Positions 57,088 through 64,000 of a stretch of 64,000 bases of DNA are shown in pieces. A program made the position numbers and the translations under genes. The DNA is from Phycisphaerae bacterium (GTDB taxonomy: Bacteria > Planctomycetota > Phycisphaerae > UBA1845 > Fen-1342), in contig JASFQK010000006.1 of the NCBI GenBank assembly GCA_050115495.1, positions 1-64,000 on the forward strand. Direction: 5' to 3'. The notes under the pieces were generated by a model. The model searched no databases. It had not been told where the DNA came from and worked only from the letters and a program-made list of their open reading frames with translations. Each line of letters starts with the position of its first letter. The stretch's first letter is position 1.

Positions 57088-58149
57088 ATGAGTGATCAGC
57101 AGCCTCTTCGTTTCGGCATCTGTGGCCTCGGCTTCATGGGCCGGACGCACTTCGCCCATCTGCGTCAGCATCCCCGGGCGCAGGTGACCGCGGTCTGCGA
57201 CCGCAATCCGCAACTGCGCAGCGGGCAATGGGGCGCACCCACCGGGAACATGGGCAATGTGCCCGAGCAGACCGCCGACCTGACCGGGGTCACAACGTAC
57301 GCCGATCCGGCGGAGCTGATCGCCGACCCGCAGGTCGACGTCGTCGCCGTCACGCTGCCGACGCCATGCCACGCCGACGTCAGCGAGGCGGCGTTGCGCG
57401 GCGGCAAGCACGTCTTCTGCGAAAAGCCGATGGCGCTCGATCTCGCCGGCTGCGACCGCATGCTGCGCGCGGCCGAGGAAAGCGGCCGAACGCTGATGGT
57501 CGCCCAGTGCGTGCGCTTCTGGCCGCAGTACGAGGTCATTTACGACCTGATCGCCGAGGGCCACATCGGCCCTGTGCGCTTCGCCCGCCTCGCTCGCCTG
57601 GCCAGCCCGCCGCTGTATTCGAGCGACAACTGGCTGATGCAGGGCCCGCAGAGCGGCGGCGGCCTCCTCGACCTGCACGTGCACGACGTCGACTTCGTTC
57701 AGCATCTCCTCGGCCTGCCCGCGACTGTCTTCGCCCATGGACGGTACGGTCCGTCCGGCGGCGTCGACCACGTGCTGGCGACCTACGCCTACAACGACGG
57801 CGCTTACGCCTGCATCGAGGGCGGCTGGACCTACCACGCCCCCTGGCCATTCGAGATGGCCATCACCGTGCAAGGCGAGCAAGGCACGCTCGACTGGAGC
57901 TCGCTGCGCGGCGAACTCGTGCGCTGGTATCACGGCGGAAAGGAAATGCACGCCCTCCCCTGCCCCTCCGGCACGGGATGGACGCGCGAAATGGACTATT
58001 TCGTCGCCTGCGTCGAGCGCGGCGAGCCCGTGAGCCGCTGCCTGCCGGCGTCTTCTCGCGCCAGCATCGCCCTCGCCCTGCTGGAGAGACAGTCGATCGA
58101 AACCGGCCAGCCGCAACGCGTTGACGCGCGGGCCGCAGGGCGGGAATGA
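57088..58149 (+). CDS. Gfo/Idh/MocA family oxidoreductase
   Basis: GLGFMG, HVFCEKP and DLHVHD motifs. Confidence 0.92.
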   Translation: MSDQQPLRFGICGLGFMGRTHFAHLRQHPRAQVTAVCDRNPQLRSGQWGAPTGNMGNVPEQTADLTGVTTYADPAELIADPQVDVVAVTLPTPCHADVSEAALRGGKHVFCEKPMALDLAGCDRMLRAAEESGRTLMVAQCVRFWPQYEVIYDLIAEGHIGPVRFARLARLASPPLYSSDNWLMQGPQSGGGLLDLHVHDVDFVQHLLGLPATVFAHGRYGPSGGVDHVLATYAYNDGAYACIEGGWTYHAPWPFEMAITVQGEQGTLDWSSLRGELVRWYHGGKEMHALPCPSGTGWTREMDYFVACVERGEPVSRCLPASSRASIALALLERQSIETGQPQRVDARAAGRE

Positions 58150-58319
58150 GGCACCGTCGGCAGACCGCTCCGAGCGTCTGCCACACCCCCCTGACACCTA
58201 TAATTGTTCGGCCGATATTCTACTCACCGGACAGGTCCGATTTCCGCCATAAGTTATTGAAATATAACGTGTTATTGCGCCTTGACCAACACCGTAACCG
58301 CTCCCGTATAATAGCGACG

Positions 58320-58637
58320 ATGGGACGCTGCATAGTTGTCATTTCGCTGCTCGTCTTGTGCGGTTGCGCGACGCCGCCGCACGCGGTCGTCTACCGGGCG
58401 AGCGACGCAGTGAATGGGTCGACGCCGAACCTCGTGCTCGGCAGTCACCCGGCAGACGTCCTCGTGGCCAGCAGTCTGAACTGGCGTTCTTCGTGGCCGT
58501 CGGTTGAGGCGGGCTATTGGTTCGACGACACGTCGTTTTTCGTTGATGTGCAAGCAGATCAGCAGTATCAACACGGACGGCTTGGCGGGTATTATAGGAC
58601 GACCCAGGCCGTTCGAACGGGTGTGCTGGTTCGTTAA
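58320..58637 (+). CDS. Small lipoprotein
   Basis: MGRCIVVISLLVLCGC lipobox; TATAAT 7 nt before the ATG. Confidence 0.65.
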   Translation: MGRCIVVISLLVLCGCATPPHAVVYRASDAVNGSTPNLVLGSHPADVLVASSLNWRSSWPSVEAGYWFDDTSFFVDVQADQQYQHGRLGGYYRTTQAVRTGVLVR

Positions 58638-58895
58638 GTGTGCGATCCGGCGACCCGCAGGTCTGAAGCCAAATGCGCAAACACGTGGCCGTCGGGGTCG
58701 CGAAGAGAGTAATGATAGGACAGCAAGTCCTTTCTGCATCAAAAAATAGGTGACTGCTGTCCTTTCGAGGAAATGGGTGCCTAGAATGCTGCAACGCCGG
58801 GCACTTTTGCAGCTTCCGTAGAGCGAGGTTCACTAAAGGGTCGGCCGTGTGCGCCTACGAAATGGCGGCGGCCAGCAGTGAGATTGGAGGAAACC

Positions 58896-59963
58896 ATGAA
58901 GTTGCGATCTGCACCGATTCTTGGCTGTTTTGCCATCCTGCTTACTCTGGCGGACTATCACTTCGACTGCCGTGACCTGGGCGGCGCCGGCCTGATGGAT
59001 GGCCTGTGGCTCGCCGCCGCCGTCACCAACGCGGAGAACGGCGATGCCGAGCTCCAGGGCGAAATCGAAGGCGTGCAGGACCAGATCGACAATCTGTCTG
59101 GTCAGGTCGACACGATCCAGACCGAGCAGCAGCAGCCGGGCGTGCCGGGTGAGAACGGTCTGAGTTGCTGGGATCTCAACGGCAACGGCGTGGCAGACCC
59201 TGAAGAAGACATCAACGGCGACGGAAACTTTGACGCCTACGACTGCCAGGGCACCGACGGTACCAATGGTACGGACGGCATCTCCTGCTGGGATCTCAAC
59301 GGCAACGGCGTCGGCGACCCCGATGAGGACGTGAGCGGCCCGGAAGGTATTCCCGACGGCGCGTACAACGCCTGGGATTGCCAGGGCGCTGACGGTACCT
59401 CCGGCGGCCCGGGCCTGGCCTGCTGGGACCTGAACGGCAACTACGCCGGCGATCCCGACGAGGACATCAGTGGTCCGGACGGCGTCCCCGATGGCAACTT
59501 CGACGCCTATGACTGCCAGGGCGCTGACGGCGAAGACGGCGAAGATGGTGAGGACCTGCGTGGTGTGGTCGCCCGCGGCCGCATCGACGGCATCACTGGT
59601 CTCGCGTTCGAGGCGACCAACCTGACGTCGGATCTGGCGCAGCCGGGTCAGTTCGGCCTGTACGAGATCGTGGCGGACGTGCGCAACGTCGGCTTCGACC
59701 GTCTGGCCAATGCCCAGTCCGTCGACTTCCCGGTGTTCATCACCGTCCGGGCCTACGTGGACGGCGACGACGCGACGACGCCGTTCCTGGGCTTCTACCA
59801 GTTCGAACCGATTCAGCCGGGTGCCCCGGATCCTGATCCGGCCCTGCACATTGACGAGGCCAACGGCATTGCGACGCTGACCTTCAAGGTGCGTATCATC
59901 GACGTTCGCGACGGTGAGTTGGCGCGGCCGGGTGACTTCAGCGTGCTGGTGCTCGAGCCGTAG
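58896..59963 (+). CDS. Secreted acidic protein with three CWDLNGN...DCQG repeats and short collagen-like linkers
   Basis: GGAGG RBS, hydrophobic N-terminus, coiled-coil segment, three Cys-bracketed DxNxNG repeats separated by G-X-Y triplets. Confidence 0.8.
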   Translation: MKLRSAPILGCFAILLTLADYHFDCRDLGGAGLMDGLWLAAAVTNAENGDAELQGEIEGVQDQIDNLSGQVDTIQTEQQQPGVPGENGLSCWDLNGNGVADPEEDINGDGNFDAYDCQGTDGTNGTDGISCWDLNGNGVGDPDEDVSGPEGIPDGAYNAWDCQGADGTSGGPGLACWDLNGNYAGDPDEDISGPDGVPDGNFDAYDCQGADGEDGEDGEDLRGVVARGRIDGITGLAFEATNLTSDLAQPGQFGLYEIVADVRNVGFDRLANAQSVDFPVFITVRAYVDGDDATTPFLGFYQFEPIQPGAPDPDPALHIDEANGIATLTFKVRIIDVRDGELARPGDFSVLVLEP

Positions 59964-59997
59964 ACGATATTCCTCCCACTGTTGGCTGAGCGTCCAC

Positions 59998-60040
59998 AGA
60001 CGACGGCGCCGACCGCTAAGTGTGGTTGGTGCCGTCGTCT
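59998..60040. terminator. Hairpin between convergent genes
   Basis: agacgacggcgccgacc / ggttggtgccgtcgtct stem. Confidence 0.55.
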
Positions 60041-60054
60041 CTTGCGCGCTGACT

Positions 60055-61848
60055 TCATTCCCCGGGCTGGCTGGACGGCACAGTGCAACGATAGAGGAAA
60101 GTCGGCTTGTCGGCCCAGGCGATGCGGGACAGCGCGTGCCGCTCGTCCGGATAGCGCGCGACCAGTTCGTATGCGTCCGTCCACCAGGCCCCGCGGAACA
60201 CATCGGCGTCATCCGCGGTGAACGCCAGCCAGTCGGGGAGCGCGACCGCCGACGGCTCAACCGGTGCGTTCGGCGGCAACCAGAACACATCAAGCGAGGC
60301 GAAATCCAGCGGCGGCACCGCGTACGGCGCGGGCTCCTGCAACACGCCGACAGTCTGGCCGGGGGCCAGGTGATCGCGGAGATAGCGTCCGGCCTGTTCA
60401 CGGGACTCGGTTCGGCCGCCGGCGTCGGCGATGAACGACCGCACGTACGCCGCCGTCCCCATCGGTAGCACGACGACCACCGCGACCGCCAGCGCCAGCC
60501 ATCGCCGCCGGTGGCCGAGCTGCGCCGCCAGAATCGCCGCCGCCACGCACAGCAGGCTGACCGGCAGCAACAGGAACCGGGCATACTCGGCGGGCTTGTC
60601 GGCCCCCAGCAACACGGCGATGACCAGCATCATCAGCCCCGCCGCACTGGCCACGATCACCGGCCGCGGCCAGCGGCGCAGCAGCCAGACAAACCCGATC
60701 GCACCGGCGACGAGCGCCATGGGGCCGCAGCTCTCGACCAGCAGCACACCGACACGCCACGCCCCGAGCGCGATCCGCTGCATCTGGTCGGCATACATGG
60801 CGAGCGAATTGCCGAAGTTGCTGGACAGCGTCGTCTGGTTGAACAGGAAGTTGTACGGGATGTAGGGGTTGGTGATTAGGTAGACGCCGCCGGCCAGGCT
60901 CAAGCCCAGCACCAGGTCGGCCAGCCGCACGCGGCCGCCCGGCTCGTTCCGGTTCCGCCGACGGGCGAGCAGCAACGCCGGCCACAGCGCGAGTGCCACG
61001 ATGCCGGTAAGCACGAGCCCGAAGGCGTAGCCGGCCTGCCAGCCCATATGCACGGCATCCCGCGGGCGTCCGTACGTCCAGTAGTTGAGCGCGCTAAGCG
61101 TCGCCCACAGAGCCAGACACGCTGACGGCAAATGCGGCTTGGCTTCGAGCACGCCCGTGATGAACACCGGCGTGCACGCCACGAAGATGAACGCCAGCCA
61201 CGCGGCCGTGCGACCCGCCGCCCGCCGCGCCAGCTTCCACACCGCCACCAGCAGCAACCCACCGAACACGAGCGTCAGCACGCGGGCCACGATGTAGAAC
61301 CGGGCGAACAGCTCCGGCTGCGTCAGGTACACGTTCACATCGCCGGTAAGTTGCGTCACGCCCACGGCGGATGATCCGGCCAGAGCCGCCGCGACGAGGT
61401 AGATGTACCCGCCGCCGTATTGGTACAGCTTGGGGTCGAAGTCGAATTGGCGCGGCTGCATCCGTTGCAGCGCCATCATCGTGATCATTTCGTCGGGCTG
61501 ACGCGTGAAGAGACGATAGCGGCGCAGAATCTCGCCGCGGGCACCTTCGTCGGCCGTAAGCGGCGCGATCGCGTCACGCCGGGCGAGCGGGTTGAGGTCG
61601 GTATCGGCCCCGGCCTGGCGCTCGCGACGTTGCTCGATCGCGGCGGCGGCGCCGAAGCGTTCCGGCGTCCAGGCCGGCTCGCCGCCGAAGAGCAGGTCAT
61701 CCTGTGCCCGGCTGGGCAACCCCCAGCGCAGCAGCGGCGCCATCAGCACCGCCCACAGCACGACCGCCGGCCAGACACCGGCGATGCGCAGCGAGCGGCG
61801 TGGTCGCGAGGCGTCAGCCGGCGGCGGATTCGTCATGACGGCGCTCAC
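60055..61848 (-). CDS. GT-C fold membrane glycosyltransferase (ArnT/PMT-like)
   Basis: Many TM helices; QPDE acidic motif in the first loop; NPY and RFLL motifs. Confidence 0.7.
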   Translation of the reverse strand: MSAVMTNPPPADASRPRRSLRIAGVWPAVVLWAVLMAPLLRWGLPSRAQDDLLFGGEPAWTPERFGAAAAIEQRRERQAGADTDLNPLARRDAIAPLTADEGARGEILRRYRLFTRQPDEMITMMALQRMQPRQFDFDPKLYQYGGGYIYLVAAALAGSSAVGVTQLTGDVNVYLTQPELFARFYIVARVLTLVFGGLLLVAVWKLARRAAGRTAAWLAFIFVACTPVFITGVLEAKPHLPSACLALWATLSALNYWTYGRPRDAVHMGWQAGYAFGLVLTGIVALALWPALLLARRRNRNEPGGRVRLADLVLGLSLAGGVYLITNPYIPYNFLFNQTTLSSNFGNSLAMYADQMQRIALGAWRVGVLLVESCGPMALVAGAIGFVWLLRRWPRPVIVASAAGLMMLVIAVLLGADKPAEYARFLLLPVSLLCVAAAILAAQLGHRRRWLALAVAVVVVLPMGTAAYVRSFIADAGGRTESREQAGRYLRDHLAPGQTVGVLQEPAPYAVPPLDFASLDVFWLPPNAPVEPSAVALPDWLAFTADDADVFRGAWWTDAYELVARYPDERHALSRIAWADKPTFLYRCTVPSSQPGE

Positions 61849-62729
61849 CTCAGCAGGATGTCCAACACGCCCAGAATGCCCAGCACCAGCCCGACGACGC
61901 CGTTCACCGTGAAGAACGCAACGTTCACCCGGCTGAGATCGCCCGGATGCACCAGCGCATTCTCAACAACCAGCAGCACGGCCACGCAAGCCACGCCGAC
62001 GTAATAGACCACCCCCAGGCCGGCGGTGATACCCACCGCCACCAGGGCACTCGCCGTGATCGCATGCAGCCCCCGCGCCACCCACAGCGCCGACCCGATA
62101 CCCAGTCGCGCCGGCAGACTCAGTAGGCCGCTGCGCCGATCAAAGTTCACGTCCTGACACGCATAGATGATGTCGAAGCCGCCGATCCAGCAGCTCACGA
62201 CAACGAGCAGCAGCACCGCCGGCGCCCCGAGCGTCGCCGGATTGATCGCCACCCACGCGGCCACCGGCGCCAAAGCGATCCCCGCACCGAGCACGAGGTG
62301 TGACCACTGCGTGAACCGCTTCGTGTACGAGTACCCGCACAGCACCACCAGCACCGGCCCGCAGAACACGAGCGGCCACACGTTCCGTTGCGTCCACCAG
62401 AACCCCGCACAAACCAGTACGAACGCGGCTGCACACAGCATGAAGAACACCCACGCCGCCCGCCGGCCGATCAAGCCACGCGGCAGCGCCCGCCCGGCGG
62501 TTCGCGGGTTTTGCGCATCGTAGACGGCATCAGCCAGCCGATTAAACGTCATCGCCGCACTGCGGGCCGCCGCCATGGCCAGCAGGATCAGGATGAGCTG
62601 CACCGCGGTCGGCCGTTGCGGGCGAGCGGCGAGGAAGGTGGCGAGCAGCGCGAAGGGCAAAGCGAAGACGGTGTGCCCGATCTTGATCATCTCCGCCCAG
62701 GTGCGCAGGTTGGTGCCGATACCGGGCAT
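61845..62729 (-). CDS. UbiA-family polyprenyltransferase (MqnP-like)
   Basis: HTVFALPFA, NRLADAVYDAQNPRT, YSYTKRF and FDIIYACQD motifs. Confidence 0.9.
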   Translation of the reverse strand: MPGIGTNLRTWAEMIKIGHTVFALPFALLATFLAARPQRPTAVQLILILLAMAAARSAAMTFNRLADAVYDAQNPRTAGRALPRGLIGRRAAWVFFMLCAAAFVLVCAGFWWTQRNVWPLVFCGPVLVVLCGYSYTKRFTQWSHLVLGAGIALAPVAAWVAINPATLGAPAVLLLVVVSCWIGGFDIIYACQDVNFDRRSGLLSLPARLGIGSALWVARGLHAITASALVAVGITAGLGVVYYVGVACVAVLLVVENALVHPGDLSRVNVAFFTVNGVVGLVLGILGVLDILLR

Positions 62730-62732
62730 GAG

Positions 62733-63341
62733 CTAGCGAACCTCGCCAGCCCGCCGTGCGGCCTGCGACGGGTCCCAGCGCGTGCTGAGCGTGTGCGGCA
62801 CGTCGAGTAGATCCAGCACGCGGCCGACGACGAAATCGACGACGTCCGCCACGGTCTGTGGCCGCATGTAGAAACCGGGGCTGGCCGGGCAGATCGTGCC
62901 TCCGGCCTGACTGATGCGCAGCATGTTGCCCAGGTCAATCTGAGTAACGGGCATCTCGCGCGGCACAACGATGAGTCGGCGGCCCTCCTTCAGCGTCACC
63001 GCCGCCGCCCGCGTGATGAGATTGTCGCCCATACCGGCGGCCACCGCCGCCAGCGTGTGGCTGCTGCACGGGCAGATCGCCATGCCGTCGGTCCGGAACG
63101 AGCCGCTCGCCAACCGAGCGCCGAGATCATCGTGCGCATACAACGTCGCGGCAGCGGATTCGTGGCCGATCAGCGACGCCAGCGTGACCTCGCTCAACCC
63201 CACCTCGTCACCGAGCACCCGCCGGCCCATGGGTGAGACGACCAGGTGCAGATGCACGTCCGCCGCGGCCAGCATCTGCACGAGCCGGCGCCCGTAGGCC
63301 GCCCCGCTCGCCCCGGTAATCGCGACGACGATCTGCCTCAT
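62733..63341 (-). CDS. ubiX: Flavin prenyltransferase
   Basis: AITGASG, ASGS, NLITRAA, PRE and PGFY motifs. Confidence 0.93.
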   Translation of the reverse strand: MRQIVVAITGASGAAYGRRLVQMLAAADVHLHLVVSPMGRRVLGDEVGLSEVTLASLIGHESAAATLYAHDDLGARLASGSFRTDGMAICPCSSHTLAAVAAGMGDNLITRAAAVTLKEGRRLIVVPREMPVTQIDLGNMLRISQAGGTICPASPGFYMRPQTVADVVDFVVGRVLDLLDVPHTLSTRWDPSQAARRAGEVR

Positions 63342-64000
63342 GGCGCCTCCATGGTGACCGGACGCGTCGTTTCGGCAGGCAGCGGCAGGATGCGTAGCCG
63401 CTCGGTCGCCTCGCCACCCCAATACGACGCGCCGAAGTGTTCGACGATCTCTCTCAGGTGCGCCACGCCGGCCAGGCGGATGCGCTCCTGATCCGGGCCG
63501 CGGGCCTGAAGCTCGATCTCGGCCAGCCGGAACAGGGCCTCCGCCCGGGCGTCGCCATCGGGGAAAGCCTGGAGGCAGCGCTCGAGCTGCTGGGCACGCT
63601 GCTGCGGATCGGGCTGGCTGGCCGCCCAGGCGACGACGAGGTTGTTGTAGAGGAGGGCGTCACGATAGCGGTGGGCCAGTTGCTGCAACTGGTCGCCGTA
63701 GCCGGGCCGCCGCGAATCGAGCGCGGCAAGCTCGACCAGCGGCGCGTCGCCGTAGCGCGGATCGGGGCGATTGGCCCGGATCAGCTCGGCGAGGTGTTGC
63801 GCCTCGCGGATGTACGGCTGCGGATCGAAGCCGAGACTGCGCTCGGGAACGTCCTCGGCGAGCCACGGCCGTGGCGTGGGCTGCGAGGCGCTCTGCGTGG
63901 CCGCGGGCGCCGCGGCCCGCCGCTGCGCTTCGTCGAGCAGCGCCAGCGCCTCATCGACCGCCCCCCGCCGCATGCGTAACTGCGCCAGCCGCAAACGAGC
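63338..64000 (-). CDS. TPR-like protein, C-terminal part (truncated by the window edge)
   Basis: Helical repeats (AEALFRLAEIE); 4-nt overlap with the ubiX start. Confidence 0.6.
   Translation of the reverse strand, partial: ARLRLAQLRMRRGAVDEALALLDEAQRRAAAPAATQSASQPTPRPWLAEDVPERSLGFDPQPYIREAQHLAELIRANRPDPRYGDAPLVELAALDSRRPGYGDQLQQLAHRYRDALLYNNLVVAWAASQPDPQQRAQQLERCLQAFPDGDARAEALFRLAEIELQARGPDQERIRLAGVAHLREIVEHFGASYWGGEATERLRILPLPAETTRPVTMEAP

Noticed and set aside
58717..58763. Inverted repeat aggacagca/tgctgtcct as a regulatory element
   Set aside because: Cannot distinguish terminator, operator or chance from a single instance

Overview
GC-rich bacterial window, most likely Planctomycetota (class Phycisphaerae). 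This is inferred from the DUF4159 protein, PQQ-like propeller, planctomycete-style dockerin tail, PEP-CTERM proteins and REP-like palindromes. Housekeeping blocks are prmC-murA, sucC-hldE-gmhA, tRNA-Leu/tRNA-Arg, plsY, nrdR, pdaD-speB, guaA and ubiX/ubiA. They surround a ~20 kb accessory region (about 10-30 kb). That region holds a Doc/AbrB toxin-antitoxin pair, tandem PEP-CTERM genes, a RAYT-type HUH transposase bounded by 15-bp inverted repeats, and runs of small immunity-like or lipoprotein genes. Main candidate novelties: (1) two paralogous ~420-aa uncharacterised proteins with an HTH-like N-terminus, each facing secreted protein genes across back-to-back sigma70 promoters, suggesting a new one-component regulator family; (2) the RAYT end motif recurring just downstream of neighbouring accessory genes, suggesting a cassette-capture array; (3) an NrdR-box-controlled nrdR plus stand-alone ATP-cone gene followed by a structured RNA; (4) a structured leader plus terminator upstream of an isomerase/homocysteine-methyltransferase pair. 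All calls were made by eye, without database searches.
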